Source: an uncultured Pseudohongiella sp. (GTDB lineage Bacteria > Pseudomonadota > Gammaproteobacteria > Pseudomonadales > Pseudohongiellaceae). Taken from it: a stretch of DNA of 64,000 nucleotides. Positions 9,011 to 16,986 of the stretch are shown here, piece after piece; the stretch's first letter is position 1; every line of letters begins with the position of its first letter. Where the stretch lies: NCBI GenBank assembly GCA_965212375.1, contig OZ243108.1, positions 2,436,353-2,500,352 on the forward strand, written 5' to 3'. Position numbers and translations under genes: made by a program. Under the pieces are notes generated by a model. It had not been told where the DNA came from. It worked only from the letters and a program-made list of their open reading frames with translations, and did no database searches.

Positions 9011-9079
9011 CAAGCGACTGTGGCGTCAATAACCAGTCTGCTTATTTTTTAGCAGGCCCATTAACAATGGGCGGTATGC
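9005..9079 (+). other. attC-like site (75 bp) with degenerate 1R core (GGTATGC)
   Basis: 1L ACATAAC ... 2R CATTAAC, 7 nt, GGTATGC. There is an internal stem CTGCT/AGCAG. The arms pair poorly, so the site may be decayed. Confidence 0.4.
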
Positions 9080-9102
9080 AAGTTCAGCTGCTACTGTACC
9101 CA

Positions 9103-9315
9103 TCAAGTATAAGAAATATCTAGTAGATCTCCGGGCTTACATTCTAGTACCTCACATATGGCCAGCAATGTGGTGAATCGAATCGCCCTGGCTCTATCAC
9201 ATTTAAGCTTAGATAAATTTGCGAATGAAATTCCTGTTCTTTCAGAAAGTTCAGTCAGTGACATTTGGCGTTGCACCAGTATCAGATCCATGTTGATTTT
9301 GATCCTCGGCTTCAT
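9103..9315 (-). CDS. XRE/Cro-type helix-turn-helix transcriptional regulator (YozG-like)
   Basis: 70-aa ORF (likely start at Met9, position 9291) with an HTH (MSLTELSERTGISFANLSKLK). Confidence 0.75.
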   Translation of the reverse strand: MKPRIKINMDLILVQRQMSLTELSERTGISFANLSKLKCDRARAIRFTTLLAICEVLECKPGDLLDISYT

Positions 9316-9340
9316 TTATGCGTCCCACTAACCACATTGT

Positions 9341-9400
9341 TATATCGATAATAGTGCCATATATATCGATTAGCAACATATTTATATTGATATTCGATAT
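9341..9400. promoter_or_regulatory. three ATCGAT-centred palindromes in the divergent promoter region (candidate operators of the XRE regulator)
   Basis: TATATCGATA (9341-9350), ATATATCGAT (9361-9370) and TATTCGATAT (9391-9400) lie between the divergent genes 9103..9315(-) and 9472..9669(+). Confidence 0.3.
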
Positions 9401-9471
9401 ATTGTTAAGGTAAAGTGGCGTCTCTCCTGTCATTAAGATGGGAGAATTCGGCGATAAACTGGAGGTCATTT

Positions 9472-9669
9472 ATGTTCGCGACGCTTATTACAGTGCTCGG
9501 GATAGCGTTCATTTCAGCTGTTACCTGGGCCAGCTACACGCTTGGCAAAACGAAAACCGAGAATGCGAGAGCTGCAGGAATAATAGGCTTTATGCTTTGC
9601 TTTATTCCTCCTTTTGCTCTTATTTACTTGGTCGTGCTCTTAGTCAAGCCAGAGGTTGATGTTGTATAG
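9472..9669 (+). CDS. small two-helix membrane protein (65 aa)
   Basis: ATG at 9472 preceded by GGAGG. Hydrophobic sequence (MFATLITVLGIAFISAV...GIIGFMLCFIPPFALIYLVVLLV). The track ORF starts earlier, at 9415. Confidence 0.55.
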   Translation: MFATLITVLGIAFISAVTWASYTLGKTKTENARAAGIIGFMLCFIPPFALIYLVVLLVKPEVDVV

Positions 9670-9762
9670 GGATCGCGAGGGACACTAATAGTTTAATAGC
9701 TTAAGAGAAGTTGAAGCTAGTTGCGAGCGTAAAGCTATTAAACTATTAGTGCCCCCTTCAGG
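9669..9762. repeat. 94-bp long-stem hairpin element, copy 1
   Basis: A 23-bp stem (GGGACACTAATAGTTTAATAGCT / AGCTATTAAACTATTAGTGCCCC) around a roughly 30-nt loop. It follows the stop of ORF 9472..9669 directly. Confidence 0.85.
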
Positions 9763-9801
9763 CTCTTAACAAGGGCGCTACGCGGAACAGGAGGATTCTT
9801 T

Positions 9802-10086
9802 ATGTCTCACAAAGAGCTGATAAGCCGCAACAGCGTGTTCGCATGGATAGCTGGTGCCACAGCATTGGTTTTGCTCATTCCCCTCGCTGCGATGCAGGTT
9901 ACTGCTGAAGTTCAATGGACACCAATCGACTTTGCCGTTATGGCATTGTTGCTTTTTGGTGCTGGCAGCTTTTATGTACTGAGCTGCCGCGTGCTTGGTT
10001 CTAGATTTCATCCATTGATCGCGATTACTTTCATCGGACTTGTTCTTTATGTCTGGGCGGAACTGGCTGTTGGCATTTTCCTTTAG
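9802..10086 (+). CDS. small membrane protein (94 aa)
   Basis: ATG preceded by AGGAGG. Three predicted hydrophobic helices. Confidence 0.6.
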   Translation: MSHKELISRNSVFAWIAGATALVLLIPLAAMQVTAEVQWTPIDFAVMALLLFGAGSFYVLSCRVLGSRFHPLIAITFIGLVLYVWAELAVGIFL

Positions 10087-10103
10087 ATTGGCGCCTTGAC
10101 AGC

Positions 10104-10188
10104 GGGATCGCAAGGGACACTAATAGCTTAAGAGAAGTTGAAGCCAGTTGCGAGCGTAAAGCTATTAAACTATTAGTGTCCCCTTCAG
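10104..10188. repeat. long-stem hairpin element, copy 2 (left arm 8 nt shorter)
   Basis: Near-identical to copy 1 but lacks TTAATAG in the left arm. It follows the stop of ORF 9802..10086. Confidence 0.85.
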
Positions 10189-10358
10189 CTCCCTTCAGGC
10201 TCCATATGTGCAAACGAAACATAACACTCAGTGCAATCGCCTCCTCATGGGCACTTGAGCAATTGCCTAGGCCACTTGCAGATCCGCTGCACCAGTCTGC
10301 TCGTCAGAACCCCAAACTAATAGCTCCCCTACTCTTTGCCCAATAACGAGGTGTCAAA

Positions 10359-10589
10359 ATGATTCTGTATTCATTAATTGCTTTTACAATAATCTTGAAT
10401 ATTGGCGTTTCGCGGCATGTGTATCTAAGCAGTCTTAGACTCGGGTATGAAAAGGTAGCTGAGATAGGTCTTATTTGGGTCCTTCCCATCATGGGGGCAT
10501 TGGTGTCACTCTGCATCACTTATCAAAGCCCAGCCAGAGTTCGCGAATACGAAAACATCAACAGATTTTTTTGCATGAAAGAGCATTAA
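10359..10589 (+). CDS. small membrane protein (76 aa)
   Basis: ATG preceded by GAGG. Two hydrophobic helices. Confidence 0.5.
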   Translation: MILYSLIAFTIILNIGVSRHVYLSSLRLGYEKVAEIGLIWVLPIMGALVSLCITYQSPARVREYENINRFFCMKEH

Positions 10590-10746
10590 TCTACGAAAAT
10601 CGACAGCTAACAATAAGGCCAGCGGGAAGCAGCTTGTCTGCCCTATTTGTGGCGTCCCCTGACCAGCTCAAGAGCCACCCTGATTTCACCCTGTGTATAA
10701 TCAAAAGCGTTTTCTGTGTACCATGTTTTCCAGATACACATCAGAT

Positions 10747-10840
10747 GGAAATCGAGAGAGACACTAGTAGTTTAATAGCTTAAGAGAAGTTGAAGCTAGT
10801 TTCGAGCGTAAAGCTATTAAACTATTAGTGTCCCCTTCAG
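10747..10840. repeat. long-stem hairpin element, copy 3, flanked by a 14-bp direct repeat
   Basis: Same element. GATACACATCAGAT occurs immediately on both sides (10733-10746 and 10841-10854). Confidence 0.85.
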
Positions 10841-10886
10841 GATACACATCAGATAGCTCATCCAGCGCAATTAAATGGAGTCAAAA

Positions 10887-10997
10887 ATGAGTGCAGCAGC
10901 AATTGGTGGAATAGTGGCCGTCGCTATAGCGATATTGGTTGTGGTTATATCTTCGAGTTCGAAGAAGAAACCGAAGGATGAACCAAAAGATCCATAG
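10887..10997 (+). CDS. very small single-helix membrane peptide (36 aa)
   Basis: ATG preceded by GGAG. Encodes MSAAAIGGIVAVAIAILVVVISSSSKKKPKDEPKDP. Below the ORF-track cutoff. Confidence 0.35.
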   Translation: MSAAAIGGIVAVAIAILVVVISSSSKKKPKDEPKDP

Positions 10998-11218
10998 ACC
11001 TGGCTCACTCCAAGACACTAGTAGGATAATAAAATAACTGGATAAGTCAGGCACCATCTTGCCTGATTACAACATGTCTTATTTCATTGTACGCCCGACT
11101 GTACTCATCGCACGGCAATGAGATCAGCCCCGCCTCGGGCCCTCAGGATATGTAGCTACACCTTTTTGGCCGTACCAATGGGTGTTGTTTAAACACGGAA
11201 ATACAAGGGTCTTAAAGC

Positions 11219-11941
11219 ATGACTACTCTGGTGGTAGGAGCAAGCGGTGCGACCGGGCGGTTGCTCGTCAGGCAGTTGCTGGATCGTGGGCAGACAGTGA
11301 AAGTGATAGTGAGATCGCCCGCCAGATTTCTCGACGCTGTTGGCGAGCACGAGAATCTATCTCTGATCCACGCTAACGTTCTGGATTTGAGTGATGCAGA
11401 ACTCGAGCAACAGGTGCGCGGATGCGATGCTGTTGCCTCATGTTTGGGTCACACAATGAGCTTCAAAGGAATGTTTGGCAACCCGCGGCGACTTGTGACC
11501 GATGCCACGCGACGACTTTGCGAGTCCATTCAGGCTAGTGAATCGGAAGGCTCAGTCAAATTTGTGCTCATGAATACATCAGGCAACCGTAATCGTGATC
11601 TCGAAGAATCCATATCGTTTGCGCAAAAGTGTGTTATGGGCTTGATCCGGTTGTTGGTACCACCCCATTCGGACAACGAACTTGCTGCAGAGTATTTACG
11701 CTCCGATGTCGGTCAGAACAACTCAAAAATTCAGTGGGCTGCTGTTCGCCCCGACGGACTGATTGATGAAGACACAGTTACTGACTATGAACTTCATGCA
11801 TCACCAACCAGAAGCCCGATATTTGATGCGGGAGTGACCAGTCGGATTAACGTCGCTCACTTCATGGCTGATCTGATTACCGACGACGCCTTGTGGAGCA
11901 CATGGAAGGGTCAGATGCCGGTCATTTACAACGCCGCATAA
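11219..11941 (+). CDS. NAD(P)H-binding atypical SDR (NmrA/BVR-B-like)
   Basis: 240-aa ORF with an N-terminal Rossmann motif VVGASGATGRLLV. Confidence 0.75.
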   Translation: MTTLVVGASGATGRLLVRQLLDRGQTVKVIVRSPARFLDAVGEHENLSLIHANVLDLSDAELEQQVRGCDAVASCLGHTMSFKGMFGNPRRLVTDATRRLCESIQASESEGSVKFVLMNTSGNRNRDLEESISFAQKCVMGLIRLLVPPHSDNELAAEYLRSDVGQNNSKIQWAAVRPDGLIDEDTVTDYELHASPTRSPIFDAGVTSRINVAHFMADLITDDALWSTWKGQMPVIYNAA

Positions 11942-12007
11942 AGAGGCGCTCAACCCGAAGCCCCACCAGGGACATTAGCAGGCCCGCCAACTACCCCCGA
12001 TTTCGCC

Positions 12008-12997
12008 ATGCATGAACAAGAAATCAAGATCCAATCAGCAGGTGCCGTACTGAGTGGCACGCTATGCACTCCCGAGAAGAATGGCCAATTTCCCGCTGTA
12101 CTAATGCTGCATGGCAGTGGGCCACTGGATCGTAATGAGAACATGAGGGGGCAAAAGCTCAACATATTTAATGCTATTGCCCATGCCCTGGCAGAGCATG
12201 GTATTGCCAGCTTACGATATGACAAACGCGGATGCGGCAAAAGTTCAGGCAACTACATCAAGGCCGGTCATGCTGATTTTGTCCAGGATGCAGTGCAATG
12301 CCTGGATACCATAGCCACATTAGAGAACGTTTCCGCAAACAGCGTATTTATTCTAGGGCATAGCGAGGGCAGCATTATCGCGCCCCAGGTTTCACAGCAG
12401 CGCCCGTCAGTGGCTGGCCTCATCCTCCTATGCCCATTTATCGAAAGGCTTGAGTCCATACTGACAAGACAGGCGGCGCAGCTTGAGAAAGAGGTGGATT
12501 CTTTGCCAGGTGTAGCCGGCACTTTTTATCGGTCATTGTTCAGGATTATTGGTAAGCCGCGGGCCACACAGCAGCGGCTGATACGCAAAGTCCGGGAAAC
12601 AGATACGGCAGTGATTCGCGTTGCGCTGTCCCGGCATCCGGCGAGATGGCTACGGGAGATGTTGGAGCTGGACCCAGACGCTATCTTTGCAGCAACCCGC
12701 GCGCCGATGTTACTGATAGCCGGAGAGAAAGACCTGCAGTGTAATCCGCAGGACATATTCCGCATCCCTGAAATCACCCAGGGCCCATCCGAGACCATGC
12801 TGGTTGAAGGGATGACCCATTTGCTGCGAATAGACGAAAACCCGGCAACCATCATGGGTTCTGCGCGGCAGTCTGGTGAGCCCCTGGTGGATTCTGTCAT
12901 TAAACGCACGGCGAATTGGATTCATGACACCTCGGCAGCTCTCAATCAGTTGCATGTGGCCAGCGCCGCTCGTGCGTGGAAACCCGATCCGCTGTAA
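12008..12997 (+). CDS. alpha/beta hydrolase
   Basis: 329-aa ORF with a GHSEGS nucleophile elbow and an HGSG oxyanion region. Confidence 0.75.
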   Translation: MHEQEIKIQSAGAVLSGTLCTPEKNGQFPAVLMLHGSGPLDRNENMRGQKLNIFNAIAHALAEHGIASLRYDKRGCGKSSGNYIKAGHADFVQDAVQCLDTIATLENVSANSVFILGHSEGSIIAPQVSQQRPSVAGLILLCPFIERLESILTRQAAQLEKEVDSLPGVAGTFYRSLFRIIGKPRATQQRLIRKVRETDTAVIRVALSRHPARWLREMLELDPDAIFAATRAPMLLIAGEKDLQCNPQDIFRIPEITQGPSETMLVEGMTHLLRIDENPATIMGSARQSGEPLVDSVIKRTANWIHDTSAALNQLHVASAARAWKPDPL

Positions 12998-13024
12998 ACA
13001 TCCCACGAGATCCAGATTCCGCGG

Positions 13025-14620
13025 CTAGTCTTCGTGCTCATCACTTACCTTCATTACCGTCTTGTCTTCCTCTTCCTTCAACCAGCGCACCTCATACAGT
13101 TCGCGGCGCCGGTCCAGGTGGTTGCGCACCGAACCCACGTTACGCAGGTCCTTTAGCTTCTCAAGATCCAGGTCAACGATCAGGGTCATCTCGGTGTTGG
13201 GCGTGGTTTCGGCCATCACCGCGTCATGGGGAAAGGCAAAATCTGACGGCGAATAAACCGCTGACTGGGCGTACTGAATGTCAGCGTTGTCTACCTTCGG
13301 CAGAATCCCCACGCTGCCGGCAATGGCAACATAGCACTCGTTTTCGATAGCACGGGCCTGAGCGCAGCAGCGCACCCGAAGGAAGCCATTCTTGGTGTCG
13401 GTCCAGTAGGGAATAAACAGCATCTGCATACCCTGGTCGGCCTGGATTCTGGCCAGCTCCGGAAACTCCGAGTCGTAGCAGATCAGAATGCCAATCTTGC
13501 CAAAATCGGTGTCGAATACCCGCAGGGTATCGCCGCCCTGCATGATCCAGTCGCGCTTTTCGGTCGGCGTGGGGTGAATCTTGTACTGGGTATCCACAGT
13601 GCCATCGCGGCGGCAAAGAAAGGCGACGTTGTAGAGTTCTTCGTTGTCCATCACCGGCATGGAGCCGGCGATGATATTGATATTGTAGGTGACTGCGAGT
13701 TTGCTGATCTCCTGCACCAGGGTATCGGTGAACCCGGCCAGAGTCTTCACCGCCTCAATCGATGTTTCTTGCGGCCCCAGGCCCATCAGCGGAGCATTAA
13801 AGAATTCCGGGAACAGCGCCACGTCGCACTGGTAAGTACTCAGTGCGTCAACGAAATACTCGAACTGCTGCACCATTTCTTCAACCGACTTCACCGTGCG
13901 CATCTGCCACTGCACCAGCCCAACCCGCGCGGTGGTGCGCGTCGCGCCGATGAGCGGACTTTTCTTGGGTTCGTAGTAAATATTGTTCCATTGCAACAGC
14001 GTCGCATACCCCATCGACGCGGTGTCGTCGGGTGAGTAGGCTTTGAGCAGACGTTTTACCTCAAAGTCGTTGGATAGCTGAAAGGTAAGAATCGGGTCGA
14101 AGATTTCCTTCTTCTTGACCTGCTCGATGTATTCCTTGGGGCTCATCTTGTCGGCGAACTTCTGGAAATTCGGAATCCGCCCGCCCGCGATGATCGCCTT
14201 GAGATTGAGGTTCTGGCAAAGCTCTTTACGCGCCTCATACAGTCTCCTGCCGAGCCGTAAGCCCCGGTATTCCGGATCAACAAACAGATCTACGCCGTAC
14301 AACACATCGCCCTTGCGGTCATGGGTGCTCAGGTAGGCGTTGCCGGTGATCTCCTCATAGGTATGCTGGTCGCCGAACTGGTCATAGTCGACAATCACGG
14401 AGAAGGCAGCCGCCACCACGCGGCCATGGTCCTCGATGCAAATCTGGCCTTCAGGGAACACCTTAAGCTGGGTACGGAACAGCTTTTCGTTGAAGTAGCC
14501 ATAGAAGTCATCATATATGGCGTACCACATTTTTTTGACGTCATCGTAATCATCAATGGTGAGATGACGCAGATTGAGTTTGTGTTCTGTCTCTTCCGTC
14601 ACTGGTAATTCTTCACTCAT
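13025..14620 (-). CDS. bifunctional GNAT N-acetyltransferase / carbon-nitrogen hydrolase (nitrilase-superfamily) fusion protein
   Basis: 531-aa ORF. The N-terminus has a GNAT motif (VDPEYRGLRLGRRLY). The C-terminus has the CN-hydrolase Glu-Lys-Cys elements (LFPEFF, YKIHPT, ILICYDSEFPE). Confidence 0.8.
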   Translation of the reverse strand: MSEELPVTEETEHKLNLRHLTIDDYDDVKKMWYAIYDDFYGYFNEKLFRTQLKVFPEGQICIEDHGRVVAAAFSVIVDYDQFGDQHTYEEITGNAYLSTHDRKGDVLYGVDLFVDPEYRGLRLGRRLYEARKELCQNLNLKAIIAGGRIPNFQKFADKMSPKEYIEQVKKKEIFDPILTFQLSNDFEVKRLLKAYSPDDTASMGYATLLQWNNIYYEPKKSPLIGATRTTARVGLVQWQMRTVKSVEEMVQQFEYFVDALSTYQCDVALFPEFFNAPLMGLGPQETSIEAVKTLAGFTDTLVQEISKLAVTYNINIIAGSMPVMDNEELYNVAFLCRRDGTVDTQYKIHPTPTEKRDWIMQGGDTLRVFDTDFGKIGILICYDSEFPELARIQADQGMQMLFIPYWTDTKNGFLRVRCCAQARAIENECYVAIAGSVGILPKVDNADIQYAQSAVYSPSDFAFPHDAVMAETTPNTEMTLIVDLDLEKLKDLRNVGSVRNHLDRRRELYEVRWLKEEEDKTVMKVSDEHED

Positions 14621-14805
14621 ATCGAACCTTTCTCACATTGACCGCAATTAGGTAGCAGTGGGTCGTGGTTAGTTAATTACGTTGATTGCTGGAGTCTTGA
14701 GTTGTCGCCACGTCCGGTTGCCAGCATCGCAGCTGCCGGATCGAAAACAAGGACCATGGCAAGGCAGCCGTTGCCTATCGTATCCCGGGGAAGCGCACGG
14801 CCGTG

Positions 14806-16071
14806 TCAGGTCAGCAGGTATTCCCGGTGCTGGCCGCGGGCGCAGTGGTTGGAGGCCATGGACGTGGAATAGGCACCCGCGTTGATCAGGGTCAGGTATC
14901 TGGCATCACGCATGTCGGGCATGAGGGCGTCGCGATAGAACACATCCAGAGCTTCGTTGATATTGCCAACCACGGTAACTTTCTCTGCCGTCTGCTGACC
15001 AGCTGGCCGACTCAGGGGCAATGGCTGAAAGCGCAGATCATAAAATGCTGGCTCCGGCGCCAGGTTGAAGCCGGCATCAACCCCCAGAAACAAGGTATCT
15101 GCCTTCTTTTCCAGATAGGTCTTGCTGAGCAACAGCAGCCCGGCATCTTTCATCACATACTCGCCAGGTTCGACGTCAAGCTTGAAGGGCTTGTCCTTGA
15201 AATGCTTGAACAGCATCTGCGCCCAGGCGTTGACGTCCAATCGGCCATCGGCGGCATCGTGAGGCACACCCAGCCCGCCGCCAATATTGACGCGTTCAAT
15301 GCTGTCGCACTGCTCGACAAACCACATGCAGCGACTGACCACCTGATCAAGCTGCGGGATTTGTTCGGTCAGGTAACCGCAGCCGGTGTGAAAGTGAATC
15401 CGGCTGATGGTGAGATTGAACTGTTTGGCAAGCGCCAGGGCCTCGTGAAACTGCTCCTGGTAAATTCCGAATTTGGTAATGGCACGACCGGCATACTGCA
15501 AACGTTCGTTGCCCTCCCGGCTAACACCCAGCCCCGGGTTTACGCGGATACCGATACTGCCGCCGGGGCGCAACTCGCCCCAGGTCTTGATGGCATGCAG
15601 GGAGTCACAGTTGATGTTCAGATCCCGGTAGCGGTTCAGCACCCGGTAATCCTCCTGGGAAAGCGAGCCGGCTGTGAAAGAAATATCTGCCGGGGAAAAA
15701 CCGCAGGAAACTGCCAATTCGACTTCCTGGGGCGAACAGGCATCGATGCCACACAGACCGCTCAGGTTCAGACTGGTCAACAGCGGAGCAAAGCGATTCG
15801 CCTTCATGGCATAAAGAATGCGGTAATTGGGGTTAGCACCGCTGCCAGTAAAACCTGCGTCGCATAAAGCGGTGTGCAGGCGCTCAAGATTGGCCTTGGC
15901 CCGCGCCAGGGAATACACGAACACCGGCGTGCCGAATTGTTCCGCCAGATCCTGAACCCGGTGTCCGGCAAAATGCAGTTCATTGTCGATAAAAGCCAAA
16001 TCGTCCCGCTGCCACCAGTCGGCCTGGTCTTCGTTCACTGCTGTCGCTAATTCTGATGTTGCTGTTTGCAC
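14806..16071 (-). CDS. fold-type III PLP-dependent decarboxylase-like enzyme (DAP/ornithine decarboxylase family), atypical active-site motif
   Basis: 421-aa ORF with the PLP-lysine motif YAMKAN, GGGLG and EPGEY. The position of the GPxCESGD motif reads VGNINEALD, with no Cys. Confidence 0.8.
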   Translation of the reverse strand: MQTATSELATAVNEDQADWWQRDDLAFIDNELHFAGHRVQDLAEQFGTPVFVYSLARAKANLERLHTALCDAGFTGSGANPNYRILYAMKANRFAPLLTSLNLSGLCGIDACSPQEVELAVSCGFSPADISFTAGSLSQEDYRVLNRYRDLNINCDSLHAIKTWGELRPGGSIGIRVNPGLGVSREGNERLQYAGRAITKFGIYQEQFHEALALAKQFNLTISRIHFHTGCGYLTEQIPQLDQVVSRCMWFVEQCDSIERVNIGGGLGVPHDAADGRLDVNAWAQMLFKHFKDKPFKLDVEPGEYVMKDAGLLLLSKTYLEKKADTLFLGVDAGFNLAPEPAFYDLRFQPLPLSRPAGQQTAEKVTVVGNINEALDVFYRDALMPDMRDARYLTLINAGAYSTSMASNHCARGQHREYLLT

Positions 16072-16285
16072 CCTATGATTCCTTCGGCATCGCCGGTATG
16101 AAAATGATTGCCTTGTAAATTGGCTTGCGCCTCTACTTCTTGCTTATTCCTGCTGGCCATTTTTCGAGCTTGTTCCCTTAAGCTCTTCCTTGCGCCAATT
16201 CCTTTTGCTTGCTCTTTTTGTCTGCTCGTTTTGTCTGCTCTGTTTGTCTACTCTTTTTTCAACTACAGCCACCTGCTACTCACGC

Positions 16286-16702
16286 CTATTCATTCCTGCC
16301 CTTGATCCAGCCCCGACAATTGGCGCTGCCACACCGGCACTGAAACTGCTTGAACAGAACCTCTTCGGTCTCCGCGTAGTCCATGAACAAATAGTCCCCG
16401 GCCGCAATATCCTGCAGCGCGACAACCTTCATGGTCTGCATATCAACCGAGACATTGGGCGCGCAGGAATGCAGAAAATAACCGCTGAAGTCGCGGTCCA
16501 GCAGGTGTTTTCCCGGCGCAACTTGCAGCGTATGCTGGAGTACTTCCGGTACTATTTCGCCCTGCAGATCACACAATAATTCACCGGCCCTGAAGTCCCG
16601 ATAGCTGATAACTCCTTTACCACTGTTCTCGTCCTTGCGAACCACAGCAAAATGCTCGCCAGGATAATCACGGCGCACCCCGGAATCATACGGGTCTGTC
16701 AT
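16286..16702 (-). CDS. SET-domain protein (putative lysine methyltransferase)
   Basis: 138-aa ORF with SET motifs LHSCAPN and YLFMDY and a post-SET Cys cluster CRCGSANC. Confidence 0.75.
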   Translation of the reverse strand: MTDPYDSGVRRDYPGEHFAVVRKDENSGKGVISYRDFRAGELLCDLQGEIVPEVLQHTLQVAPGKHLLDRDFSGYFLHSCAPNVSVDMQTMKVVALQDIAAGDYLFMDYAETEEVLFKQFQCRCGSANCRGWIKGRNE

Positions 16703-16986
16703 GAAATTCAGCCTCCTTTGGGCAATATCTGAGTTGTCAATCCGGCGGGCACCTTGCGGTGATGCCGGATTACTAAGGTAGCAAAAGCAAAGCGCCTTAT
16801 ATAGGCGATTGACCCCGGCGACAAGTGTTTTCGCGCGTTGTGATCCGCCCTATCGCCCGCAGGCAGGGGCGTACAGACAATTCACCGGAATCGGTATCGC
16901 CCCGCCCGGCAGGACTGGGTACAATCTACTGGCGGCCTGGCCACATCATTGTGAACCGCCATCAGGTGCATGAGATCATCACGGGC

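Noticed and set aside
14803-15867. 354-aa plus-strand ORF
   Set aside because: It is entirely antisense to the well-supported PLP-enzyme gene. Its composition is low-complexity and rich in Gly, Ala, Val and Gln, typical of shadow ORFs in GC-rich DNA. The same reasoning applies to 25020..26030, 27086..27967, 29263..29889, 32833..33882, 41916..43001, 47964..48911 and the many shorter antisense ORFs in the track.
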